Source of the DNA: Antedon mediterranea | Lineage: Eukaryota > Animalia > Echinodermata | DNA length: 64,000 nucleotides | Assembly: GCF_964355755.1 (NCBI RefSeq) | Contig: NC_092675.1 | Location: 16,216,912-16,280,911 of the forward strand | Reading direction: 5' to 3' | Part shown: positions 1 through 11,800 of the stretch, piece by piece | Position numbering within the stretch: the first letter of the stretch is position 1 | Layout of the letters: each line of letters opens with the position of its first letter | The notes under the pieces: model-generated | What the model was told of the DNA's origin: nothing | What the model saw: only the letters and a program-made list of their open reading frames with translations | The model's database searches: none | Program-made: the position numbers and the translations under genes

Positions 1-191
1 CTATGTTTTCTTGTCTGTCGTGAAAAATTTTTTTAAATCTTATTATATTACTTAAATCTCAGTTCCAGGAACTGAGATTTAAGTAATATAATTGTACTGT
101 ATACAAAAGAATGTTTTTTTTTAATAAGCTTTTTTCTGGAAGTTTTAAATAGTAAATACTAATGTTTTGTTTTATCTACAGAACCTTAAAC

Positions 192-3100
192 ATGGCTAAG
201 AATTTGTCAAGTACATCCAAGGTAATGTCCCTTCTTCAACAATGGGATAAAGGTTCAAAAACAGTACGAGCTCAGATTTTAACAGATTTTATTGCAAACA
301 ATCAAAATAAGACTGGCCCTGAGTTGGAAGCAGAGTTTGCACAGGCTGCAAGCTTGTTTTTTACTAGGTTGACAGCATGGCTTCGCTTAACGTATCCTTT
401 TAATTGATTAAATTTAGGATTGTTTTGTTCAGATCTGAAGAAAGAAAACATCGCAGAACAAAATGAAGGGATTTTTGTTAAGCCTTATGTTCCAGCCATG
501 GGATAATTAACTAATGCTGAGTGGGTCAAAATCAGAATTAATTCTTCGACCGTTGCTAAATGCAAAAAAAAATGTATCAAACGGAACCTAAGAACCTGTT
601 TAATAATCTATCTTGATGTCTATTTTATTATGTTTCCTAACCCACATTAAAAATAGGTATATGATAGGAACATGTCTGAAACTTCAGCTACAAGCAATCA
701 ACATATTTGTATCTTCATCAAGTGGGTATGTATTCTCCTTTACATAACAAAGTAGAGGGTACTCCGAGAGTACAAACCTCCGCCTACTGTAAAATTCCCC
801 TACATAAAATGTGTCCGGAAAATATATATATATTTTTTTTAATTTTTTTTTATTAGTTCTAAGTGTAAAGAGGCTAACTGCAAACTACAAAGTTGTGGAT
901 GAGAGTTTGGTGTAATGATTATGTATCCAGCCTCTCACAGTTGAGATCGCTGGTTCAAGTCCCGCTGAAGGTTTTTTTTTTTGTTTTTTTTATTAAAAGA
1001 AAGTACGTTTTCCAATCAGAAATTTAACTTTGGTACTCAAATTGTGATGGTTTTCTAAATAAGAAGTCAGAGTTACTTTCTCGTTTGGTTTCAGAAAAAG
1101 TTGATTTTATTGCATTGACAGAGATTTTACCAAATCATTGTTTGTACCCGCCACTGATAAATGAATTTCGTGTCCAAGGTTACCAAGCATTTTTTCGAAT
1201 GAGTATTTTACTTCTGGTCGTGGTGTTTTAATTTATGTCAGAAATGGAATTTCAGTTTATCAAATTTTCTTTAAGAAGAATAAGTTTGTAGAGTCAGTTT
1301 GGGTTAGAGTAAAAGAAATAAAAACGGATCTTTTCTTAGGTTGTGTTTACCGTAGCCCGACTTGTAGTATGGATAATAACATCAAGCTGAACTCATTGTT
1401 CCGTGAAGTACATAAATCATCTTTTTCTGATTTAATCGTTGTCGGTGATTTTAACTATAACAGTATTAATGGGAATTAAATTTTGTGTCTTCGGAAGATG
1501 GAGATTCCAGCAGAAGTTTCTTTGACACCATCAACGATCTATTTTTAATTCAACACGTTATGGAACCTACTAGATACAGAGAAGGCGAAACACCCAATGT
1601 TTTGGATCTGGTTTTTACAGACAAAGAGAATACTATAAATGGCATTATGTCAGTCTCCACCACTGGGTAAAAGCGACCATATGATGTTACAATTTTCATT
1701 GGATCTTGTACGAGATGACAGAATTGAACCAAATATTCGAAGTTACAGGCATGGTAACTATGATTTGCTGCGCGAGAAAATTGGTTTGGTAGATTGGGAT
1801 GTGGTTTTCAATGATAAATCAGGTATTCAATCGTGGGACGAGTTCGAGCATATACTTGCGAAGAATATTGATGAGTGTATCCCGATGAGGAAGGTTTGCC
1901 ACGGAAGAAAACCCCTTTGGATGAACAAAAAAATTGAAAAGCAGATTGCCAAAAAAAATAAATGTTGGAAACAGTATGTAAAGGCCAAGAGAAAACAAAA
2001 AGTATGTGTGTCAGCAAAATGGTCGAAGTTTGTCCAAATAAGAAATCAAACAGTAGATCTGATTCGATGTAGTAAATCTGACTTCGAAAATAAAATAGCA
2101 ATTGAGATCAAATCTAATGAAAAGTCTTTTTGGAGGTATCTCAGTTATCAGATCAATATAAAGTCTGGTATACCCAACTTAACTGATAGTAATGGAAGAC
2201 ATGTGTCTGATGACAAGGATAAGGCTGATTTGCTAAACACGTTTTTTAGTAGTGTATTTGTCGATGAAAATTTTTCGAATGTTGATGACATTTCAGGGGA
2301 TTTTTTATCTCAAGTTGACTTTCCTTGTGACGAAATCTTAAATATTTTATCAACGTTGAATATTACTAAAACAGCTGGACCTGATGGTATTCACCCACGC
2401 ATCTTAGTCGAACTAAAGGATATCATTTGCTATCCCCTCCATATTATTTTTACGAAATTGTTTCAAGAAGGAGCCGTCCCTAATAGTTGGAAACGGGCTA
2501 CAGTGGTACCGATTTTTAAAAAAGGACTGAAGTCTGACCCAAGCAACAATAGACCGGTGAGTTTAACTTCGGTAGTTGGTAAAATTATGGAGAGAATTAT
2601 CAGGAAGGAATTATTGGACTTTCTTGAACATCACTCACTTATTTGTTATGAGCAATTTGGTTTCCGGCAAGGTCATTCCTGTGCTTTACAATTACTTGAT
2701 GTTCTTGAAAACTGGTTTTCTTGTTTTGATAATCAGGATTGTTTTGATTGTATCTACCTTGACTACAAGAAGGCTTTCGATAGTGTGCCTCATCATAGAC
2801 TCCTTCTGAAAATGAGTGCATTGGGTATTAGAGGTAAACTTCTAAACTGGTTTCAAGAATTTCTTAACGATGGACAACAACGGGTTAGTGTCAATGGATG
2901 TGTTTCAGATTGGGCTGATGTTCGTAGTGGTATCCCGCAAGGAAGCGTTGTTGGACCTGTTCTTTTCATTATGTTTATAAATGATTTACCTTCTGTTATT
3001 TCTTCCTCTGTACGCATGTTTGCAGATGATACTAAATTGTGTAGAGTAGTTAACACTGTGAATGATGCTCAAGTTTTACAAGAAGATTTAGAGAGAGCAT

Positions 3101-6100
3101 GTGACTGGTCTGACAAATGGCAATACCTTGTAACGAGGGTAAGTGCAAAGTAATGCACTTTGGGAAGAAAAACAACAAGCATCTGTATGCCATGCGTGGT
3201 TTCTTATTGAATGAAGTTGATCATGAAAAAGACCTCGGTGTTACTATTGACTCTAAACTTGTTTTTAATGTACATGTGGCAGATGTAGCAATGAGAGCAA
3301 GTCGGAAGTTGGGCATGGTATATCGAGCTTTCAAGTTTTTAAATATTGATGGGTTTCTTTGTTTATATAAAGCTATTATTCGTCCGACCCTGGAATACTG
3401 CAACGTTGTTTTTAACTTACTACATTGCAAGGAGGAAGACCTATTGGAAAAAGTCCAAGAACGTGCCACCAAGCTTATTTTTTCCATTTGTCATTTACCT
3501 TATTCAGAAAGGCTGAAAATTCTCAACCTACCTACTCTCGCATATAGAAGGCAAAGAGCTCATTTGATACAGATTTTTAATTATCAAAAGGGGTTTATAG
3601 GCATAGCCTAGCCTTGACTCCGGACCCAGCATTGCTGAGCTCCGGAAACAAGTAAACAAGTAAGTAAACAAATTCGAACTCGTCCGAGCTTTTGGGGTAT
3701 AGATCATTGTGGCCAAATTTGGTGAGAATCGGATAAAAACTGTGGCCTCCAGGCTGTTCACAGACACACACACAAACATACAGGGGTGAAAATATAACCT
3801 CCTTGGCGGAGGTAATTACAGATATTTTTAAAAAAATAAATTTATTGACAACATACTTCTTTTTGGGATCATCTTTTCTAGGCATAAATTTCTATCGGAA
3901 TTCATGGAAGTTGGTGGTGTTTTAACTTCCCTTGAAATTCTAGGCCTAAAAGATGGAAAGGATGAGGACAAGGCGCAGTCACTGCAGCTTCTAATGGGCA
4001 TTGCAAGTGTCGGCCGCAACTACAAAGAGCTTATCTGTGAAAGCTATGGTGAGTAAGGAAGGAAAGCAATGCAATGATTTTTCCTGGGTGGCTTCAAAAA
4101 TTGGAGTGTCAAAGGGCAGTTGGGAGTGTGTGGATTTGATGCTTTTTGTTTACACCACTTCAAAGATCACTATAAACTTATATGAATGCAAATTGGACAG
4201 ATTATATTAGAATTGGCCGTTGTTTTGTAAATTTGTTAACAGGCACAATGGCAGTCGCTGAATGCTTGGCTCGATCAAAGTCTGAGGAGACACAAGATGC
4301 TGCAAGAATGCTCTTGCAAATGCTTGCTGAGGGAAACCCTAAATTCCAGGTTCAAGTGTATAAGGGGTTGATAGCGTTGTTGTCAAGCTCATCTCCTAAA
4401 GCACAACAGATGGCAGCACAAACATTACGCATTGTACAGGTTATTTTATTTTCTTATCAGATAGTATGGATTACGATGTTTAGCATGGGCAGAATTTGTC
4501 TTTAAGGGTCTTTCGCACCTGTTCCGGCACGGTTCCAGTCCGGTGCCGGAAAATCAAATTGAACGTGAATGTTTTGTTTTCACAAGACTCCACAAAGCAA
4601 TAGGCCAATAGATATGCCCGTAGCTGCAGGAAAACAAAACAAGGATGTTCAAATTTTATTTGCCGGTGCTGGACCGGAACTGTGTCGGAACAGATGTGAA
4701 AGACCATTAAGGCCGTAATGGTAAAGGTATTGTCAGCATTCAAGTCATAAACTTTCATTATTTGACTCTTGTTCTCAGAAAATTGTTGGACATGCAATAC
4801 CATCTATTGTTGAACCTGTAATCTCATTGCTTAAAAGCTATCATTTGGAAGTTCAGTATGAAGGTAACTATGACTTATTTTCCCCTTTCAGTCAATTCAT
4901 CAGGAAGGGTTAGGGCCACTTCAGCAATCACAAACACTGTGCATGGTACTGTACATTTTTGTTTTTCTTATCTAGTATCACCTAAAAGATGCTTTTATTT
5001 TTATGTTTTATTTTTTTATAGCTATTGAATTGATAAAAGATCTAATGGACTTTGAAGTGCAAGAATCTCTACTGAAAAGCCTTGTATCAGCTTTGGCGCC
5101 AACCAAGGATGAGATAAGAAAACAACCGGAAATACTAGATGGTATGATATCAAGTATCATATAACACCTAAATAAATTCCTGTCATTTGATTGGACGAAT
5201 GTGGGTCACATGGTGTGCAATAGTACACACTAATAAACGATCGTTTAATAGTACTTTTTTTCGTGTTTGGAAAATATTTTGTTTTATACTATTGCTTTTG
5301 AAATACAACAGTGCCACCTATTTTGTACTTTCGCGGCGATTTGAATGTTAAGACTGATTTTTCGCGACGGAAGTACATTTCTGGAGAGATATATGTGCTA
5401 ATTTAGATCAAAAAGGCATTTAAATTAGCTTTAGATTGTTTGTAGGATTTTGATTAATTACTAAAGACGTGGAATCGTTGGAAAAAACATAATTAACCTA
5501 GATGAGTTCCATTCAGCCAAGCAAGTACTAGGCCTAGCCTAGGCCTGTTAGTATTAGGCTATAGGCCTAGCCTAGGCGTTTTAGCCTTGCTAGGCCTAGG
5601 TCGTTTGTTGACATAATTAACACTAAAGTAGGTGTGTTTATAAAATCCATATAAATATAACATTTAATATAGTATTATTAAAAACCAAATGTTTCTGTTT
5701 TAATCAATGTGAATCAAATGTAGACTATGGCTGATTCAAATTTGAATCAAATGACAGGAATCTATTTAGATGTTATATAAAACGAATAATGAATGTTTTG
5801 TATTCATGTAAATGATGAAAGGTTAAATATTAACTTGGCTTTGCCTCGTTGATATATAACCTTTCATCATTCACCTTATGCCATTATTTGTACCATTACA
5901 TTCATAAACATTTATTATTTGTATTTTTTTAATCCATATACTACTACTATACTCTATCTACACTTTTTTTTTCAAACTAGTTTGATAGTGTAGACAGAGC
6001 TTTAGATCTTTAGAAAAATTCCCATGACCATAAAAAATGTACAGTACTTGTTTAAATACCAAAAAGTACTATATTGTTTAAAGTTTATTTTTATTTGATT

Positions 6101-8004
6101 CAAAAGCAATAAGTGGTCCCTAGTTTTATGGACCAATTCCATGTTTAGGAACCCCTGCCTAATCATATTCAATTTTATTTCTATTAATAAATATTAATCT
6201 TCAATCTTTTTTATGTCTTCAAGATCCAAATGTTCCAGAATTAAAACGTCCGCTTCCGGTTTATGTTCAGCAAGCTGCAGCAGCTAAGTTAATTGGGTAA
6301 GATGAAATTGCTTAAATGTATTATTATGACCATAATGGAAGAAAAAACTTTCTTTTTTATATATATTAATTAGCAATAGAAATTTAACAAAGAAATAATT
6401 TGCTAACATTATAAAACTGTTTCTGTCTTTAGAATTTTATCTCACGAATCAAACAAAATGTGTGAGCGTTTGGTGCAGCTAAAATGCGTTCACAATTTGA
6501 TGATTGCCATGGGAAACGAGAGCCATGCTGATAGTCAAAGGCAAGGCAGCATCACTTTAGAGGTAGATATATATTTGATTTCAACAATATTTAACAAATG
6601 TGGTCCATCCAGCTGAAGCTAATAACAGTGCTTGCAGATCTTCACTGGTTACCAGTACAACAAAGAATTCAGTACAAGGTGTTAATCCTTCCATACTAGG
6701 CACAGCACAAGTTGGTGCCAGTCTACCTATCTAAGCCTGTGCATATTTACCAGCCTACTAGATCTCTTAGATCAGGTGGCCAATGTCTACTAGTAGTTCC
6801 TAAGACTAGGACACCTACATATGATGGAAGATTTGGCTTAGTAATATCCATGAAAGAAAACATTTAATGCATTTACCATGTCATACCTATATTTAAGTAG
6901 GAAGTAAAGTAAATTTAAGTATAATACTTTTGACAAATTCAGTTTTTCTTTTCATTCCTTAGTACCTTGTCCGCACATTTCCTATTGTTGATGAAAATGT
7001 AAATGAAGCAATGGGTGACAACCTTTATCATATGTTCTTGGTAACTATCATTCTCTTTATATTTATTTTATATACTATTTCATTACACACAGTCTGCTGT
7101 ACTGTAGTAGGAAGCAAATATGCTGAAATTACATTAAATTGCAAGTTGACACTTTTAGTGACATGCCCAATAGTAATCTTTTTTGTTTATAGAAAAATCC
7201 TGAAAGTCTATACATGACAATGAATGCCGTCCAAGCTGATGTTCTTAGGTCAAACAAAGTTAACATTCCAGGAAGTAAGTACATTTGGGTAGTCGAGTGG
7301 TTAGGACACTTGACTGTCACACAGAGAGACCCATGGTTTCAATTCCAAGTCAACTCCCAGTCTAATCAGCTGTAATTGAGTAAGGTTAAAAATACTAGGG
7401 AGGATAAGGCAGCGTGGAAAGGAACTGGCCAACCTACCACAAAATGCCGAGGCTTGTCAAATGAGCTCATAACAGCTCATTACCCTACTGTATGTTCAAA
7501 ATTGAATATGCAACCTTTACCTTTTTAAGTATATTTGGAAATTATTTTTATGTTAAAACTGAAAAAATAGATTTTAACATTTTAATGTAAAGTCCAATTT
7601 ACAGACGAGCGGTAAGTGGAAAACGAAAATATAGATATGTTATTTCTTATGACAATTTACACAAACGTGGAACGGATGGGCAGTTTACCAGAAATCCGCT
7701 AAGGATAGATACAGATTCTATGTTGGACAAGCTGGTGTTCCTCTTACAATTACCACTGTCTGTGTAAATTGGCCTTAATGCTTGGTTCCTACTAGAAACG
7801 CAACACAACGACGTAATGCAATGTAAGTGATTTGACCAATCACAAATGAACTGTCCCTCTGTCATTGGTCAACTCGCGTGTGTTGTGTCTATAGTCTAGG
7901 TCCTTGTGTTGTGTCCAAGTAGGAAACAAGCTTTAGGCTGCTTCTGCAACCAAAAGACTAAACATTTATATATTTGTTCTTTCAGTTGTAGATGGTTTGG
8001 ATTA
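192..8004 (+). CDS. ARMH1: Armadillo-like helical domain-containing protein 1 (ARMH1/C1orf228 orthologue), ~11 coding exons
   Basis: Hand-spliced exons 192-391, 657-725, 3882-4048, 4243-4439, 4779-4863, 5022-5141, 6224-6296, 6433-6562, 6963-7040, 7193-7274 and probably 7986-8004 join in frame at GT-AG sites. Peptides LLQQWDKGSK..GPELEAEFAQAASLF..RLTYM, EFMEVGGVLTSLEILGL, YKELICESYG, GNPKFQVQVYKGLIALL, HLEVQYEAIELIKDL and QQAAAAKLIG match my recollection of vertebrate ARMH1. The last exon is least certain. Confidence 0.9.
392..656 (+). other. U12-type (minor spliceosome) GT-AG intron in ARMH1
   Basis: Donor GTATCCTTT at 392 is the U12 consensus; branch-site-like TTCCTAAC at ~634-641 lies close to the AG at 655-656, with no polypyrimidine tract. 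Splicing restores RLT-YMIGTCL. Confidence 0.85.
903..972 (+). mobile_element. tRNA-derived (SINE-head-like) degenerate sequence
   Basis: A-box-like TGGTGTAATG and B-box-like GGTTCAAGTCC followed by a T run; no convincing acceptor stem. Confidence 0.45.
1090..3611 (+). mobile_element. Decayed CR1-group non-LTR retrotransposon ORF2 (APE endonuclease + reverse transcriptase), 5'-truncated and frameshifted
   Basis: Endonuclease remnants (VYRSP, VGDFNY, PTRYR..LDLVFT, LGKSDH). RT motifs in ORF 1639..3153 (GPDGI, RPVSLTSVVGKIMERII, QFGFR, YLDYKKAFDSVPH, SGIPQGSVVGP, FADD) and C-terminal region in ORF 3117..3611 (EKDLGV, LYKAIIRPTLEY, LEKVQERATK). Frameshifts near 1480, 1640 and 3125. Confidence 0.92.
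4505..4707. mobile_element. MITE, PIF/Harbinger-like
   Basis: Imperfect TIRs GGTCTTTCGCACCTGTTCCGGCAC / GTGTCGGAACAGATGTGAAAGACC with TTA/TAA flanks. Confidence 0.65.
5158..5925. repeat. Unclassified interspersed repeat with inverted repeats and hairpin
   Basis: Inverted pair ATAACACCTAAATAAATTCCTGTCATTTGA (~5161) / TCAAATGACAGGAATCTATTTAGATGTTAT (~5747), followed by an ATGATGAAAGGTT..AACCTTTCATCAT hairpin. Related sequence recurs at ~48460-48600 and ~49040-49250. Confidence 0.55.
6620..6830 (+). mobile_element. L2/CR1-group LINE 3' fragment
   Basis: Translates to LADLHWLPVQQRIQYKVL..RSLRS, the typical L2 ORF2 C-terminal motif. Confidence 0.75.
7288..7525 (+). mobile_element. tRNA-derived SINE
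   Basis: A box TAGTCGAGTGG, B-box-like GTTTCAATTCC, a central domain CAGCTGTAATTGAGTA..GGGAGGATAAGGCAG and an ACCTTT-repeat tail. Confidence 0.7.
7779..7932. mobile_element. PIF/Harbinger-like MITE family A; other copies ~40396-40556, 42668-42846, 56215-56364
   Basis: TIRs GCTTGGTTCC(C/T)ACTAGAA / TAGTGGGAACCAAGCT-like and a shared internal GACCAATCACAA. The copy at 42668 has a TTA duplication. Confidence 0.75.
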
Positions 8005-8519
8005 ATTTTAAGATAGCTATCTTGGAAGATAGCTATACAGAAATAGTTTTACACAGCAGTGTTCATCATAGACAGTTTTACACAGCAGCAGTGTTCATCA
8101 TAGATAAATTATTTATCTTGAGTCAAAATGCCTAATATTCTACTTCATAACTATATATATATACTAGTTTCTGTCTAATAAATTAAAAGCAACCATTCGA
8201 GAATACTATAAAAAATCACCAAAATACAACACACAAGTTATTTTTTATTTCTGTAAATATGTTTAAAATGTAAAATACTATATTTGTAACTAATAATCCG
8301 ACTACTGTATTAAGCTAAAGATCTGTTTCACTCATTCAAATACAAGTTGTTAAAACACAGAACATATATTCAACTTTGTAACAATAAAACATTTGGGGTT
8401 TTTTGGAATTGATTGTTTTGTGTTTTTTTTTTTTTTTTGTCTCTTGCTATAGTTGGTTGATTACAATTTAAAATGTGCGTTGTATAAGCGATTATTGATT
8501 TGCCGTTTTCAAATCAAGT

Positions 8520-8725
8520 TTAGTTTAGATAAACTGTAATGGGTAAGTTTAGGCGATGTGTGCCTTTTTAACCCCATGTCTACAACGAATCTAATCGGTT
8601 TTTAAATGTGTTGGTGGTTTCAGATATGCCGACGTAAAATATATTATCAACAGTTATCTTGATGTCCTCATATTGTTGACTTTTGATAGATCACGTTTCA
8701 CAACCCCTTCTCTATATAACTAGTT
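8520..8725 (+). promoter_or_regulatory. Putative vitellogenin promoter (TATA box, GATA sites)
   Basis: TATATAA at ~8713-8719, about 95 bp upstream of the ATG; several WGATAR motifs at ~8527-8690. The region is AT-rich, so some motifs may be chance. Confidence 0.45.
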
Positions 8726-8810
8726 TAAACCACCCATTCGACAGATTCCGTCTGTACTCTGCAGACAAACTTCAGATCCACTGTTGTCGGGCTGAGCTAT
8801 AGTAACCAAC

Positions 8811-11800
8811 ATGAGATACGCTGTATTTATTTTACTCTCAGCCACAATAGTAGGCCTATATGCACGTGAGTTTATCAACAATTATACTAAGTAATAAGAG
8901 CTACAATAATTTAGCTACATCAATTGAACGACGCCTTATTTTGTTGCTTGAAAGTATGATTGTAGCTTTCCAAAACAGAAATTCGATGTTTGCCAAATTG
9001 TTCCCTTTCATTGTTTTCTTTCATTAGATATAGGGCTATCAAGTGTTTTCCAGCTTTTGAAACTCTCAACAACATTTTTAGGCCTAACTTTCTGCTTTAT
9101 TACCTAGAAGAATCAGATTCTAAGTAATGTCGCTTGTATGAAATAGAATCAGAAGGTAAATATCATTTAAAATGTCGATTCTTCTAGAATTCAGTCCAAA
9201 TAAGGTATTGTGGTATAACTATGAGGGAGAGCTACTGACTGGGATTCCAGGAACTAGTCAAGAACATTCTGGCTTAAAGATTATATGTACAGTCCTTATA
9301 CAGCAAGATTTGAATACTGTTCGAATGAAGGTAAGACATGGATACCTTTCACCCGAATATTTCGCAAAATGATTTTAACATGCACGGATAGCATGCTTAT
9401 TCGTTTAATTACATATTGCTGAAATGATTTATTTTCATATCTGAATACCTGTAACTTACTTCTCCATGGCAGGCATTATTTCTCTGAGGAGAGAACGTTC
9501 TTCTTTTATATTGTGTCATCCATTATTATTTTATTGAAAAAACAGATATACGAAATCACTTTCAGTAGTTTTCAACCACTTTAAAGCTGTTGTCAACATG
9601 TTTATTGGTGACATTTTTTGTTGGTATTTATTTTTATTTTAATCACTGTTAAAGTTTCGCATACAAAAACAAACATGAAATGTTAACAATAGGTCAATCG
9701 AGGCTCATGCGATACCATAATGTGCCATATGCTAACATATGATGTGTTTGCAATAGATTTATATCTCCTATTGTTTGATACACATTTCATGTACAGTATG
9801 TGTCCATTTTTATCTGACGAATAATGTTTTAATCTATGTTTTATCCCAATTATATCAGTATCATTCATTCATATTTATATTACTTATATATTACTTTCTA
9901 TGGACCTGAGATTCCGAAATAAAAGATTGAATGAAGGAATGAATGAATATTCCGTTTTTTAAAATCATGAATATATAATAAAATGCAATATACAATAATG
10001 TTAAATTACATAAAATGGGATGAGCAAGAAAAAGTCTGTACCGTACTTCTAAAAAATTGAAAACAAAATATCTAATATTTTTTATATTGTAGTTGAGTGA
10101 AGTTTCTCTAAAATATTTGCAAGAAAAGGTCACAAATCCTGTAGAGAAAGTAAATGATGAGCTCTTTACTGACACATCTGAAGAAGAGCTTTGGCGATTG
10201 ACAGAACAACTTCAGAAACCTACTCAGTTCCAATATCGACGAGGTTTGGTAAGTGAATTTATGTACATCATCATAGGCCTTAATAATGTTATTCATTTTT
10301 AAAGTCTTTGCTCTGCAATCAGATTTCTGACCTGTTCCCAATTTAAAACGACATTTTTAGATGCAATTACTTTATCAGGAACAAATAAAAAATGTAATAA
10401 TAATTTAATCTATACTTCAATAAAAGATGAACATGAAAACACGAACTGGGAGGCAACAGGTATTTTGTTATACAGTCGGTAATAGTATTATGAAAGGCAT
10501 TTTATTATTAATTAACAAAAATATTTCTTATATCATTATTACAAGATTTCGGATATAGAGGGATCGATTGATGAACCACATTGGTCTGTAAACATAAAAC
10601 GTGGTGTTCTCAATTTACTTCAAGTTAATCTAGAAGGCCGCAACAGAGTTGATGACCGTCCAGTTGATATCAATCGAGCTGGAAAAGATGATCACATTTT
10701 AGGAGACAAACTTTTCAAAGTTATTGAGGTATGATTTAGTGTATTATTCAAGTTCACTTTGTAAATAGATAAAATATAAAGAAACACAATCAATGCTGTC
10801 CACTTGCGGATAGATTGTTCTTAATTCAATAAGTATAATCTTTTACTTGTAGGCCTTAAGTTCTTTTTAAGTTTCTTCATTAGGGCCTATTATGATGTAC
10901 ATAAATTCACTTACCAAACCTCGTCGATATTGGATAATTGAATCCCATTTTTTATTGTATGTGCAGGGATTTTGGCCTTATGACTTCCCAAATTGGTGAC
11001 GTGTGCAACTACTGTATTAAATTGCAGGCCATATGTTATACTATCAATATTATAATGTTAGAAATGACCTTATCCACGAAACAATGCAAAGAAATGTTAT
11101 CGTAGTTCAGGTTTATTGATTTGATAACCCATTGTAATCTTAATCGGTTGAAAGTGTATACTTGTCTGATAAATAACAAGGGCTGTAGACCGTACTTGGC
11201 AAGTTAACAAGGGGTTCAAATTAATCTAGTAGACATATATGATCAGTCAATAGGCTTCAAATTTACTCTTAGGCTTAGCTATAACAATACTTTAAATGTA
11301 GTATAGCCTTGCCCGATAACGATAAAAATGGGCTGAAACCACAGTACAGTCATTACTTTTCAGTTACTTCATTCATCAGTCAAATCAAATTCGGCAAATA
11401 ATTGTAGGCCGTATGGTTTGATATCGCGAGTATTATAATAGAAGTAATCAATCATAATAAAATTATATAATATTATGTTATTTAGGCCTATAACCGTTGT
11501 GTATAAATAATATATCATTTCAACTATGTTTTTATGATATAGGCGTACAGTATGTTGCCATGATAGTCGTTTGTATACGAACAGTGTATTTTCTTTGTGA
11601 TGATGGACGAATCAAATGTGACTTTGACATTATAACTATAGATCATTGCACACAGCATTATTTATATTTTTAGGAGGGAATTAGTGGAGAATGTGAATCT
11701 CAATATGTCATCAAATCCTGGAAATCAATCCCAGACTATAACAATGGACAGCTAACAGGTAAGAAGCAATGTGTTGGACCCTGGCTAAATATTGTGGAAC

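Larger units (their letters stand above)
748..3816. mobile_element. Non-autonomous Helentron-like (HINE/DINE-1-type) element ends enclosing a LINE fragment
   Basis: Left end: hairpin GTACTC-CGA-GAGTAC (759-773) then ACCTCCGCC (776-784). Right end: CA microsatellite then ACCTCC-TTGGC-GGAGGT hairpin containing the inverted copy GGCGGAGGT (3805-3813). Subterminal inverted repeats plus terminal hairpins are typical of this class. Confidence 0.65.

Noticed and set aside
903-972. Possible tRNA genes here and at 7288-7360
   Set aside because: Only A/B boxes are retained and cloverleaf stems are broken; better explained as SINE heads.
1639-3153. Reverse transcriptase as a possible domesticated gene or retron/DGR-like system
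   Set aside because: Motifs are those of a CR1-group LINE, with frameshifts on both sides and a decayed endonuclease; no template repeat or ncRNA partner is visible.
1808-3487. Minus-strand ORFs overlapping the LINE, and other short antisense ORFs over exons
   Set aside because: Shadow frames of real coding sequence with no independent motifs or splice structure.
8500-8810. Estrogen response element in the vitellogenin promoter
   Set aside because: No GGTCAnnnTGACC palindrome found by eye.
9028-9155. Possible extra vitellogenin mini-exons in intron 1
   Set aside because: Weak donor or an implausibly short (32-nt) downstream intron; exon 1 joins 9188 in frame without them.
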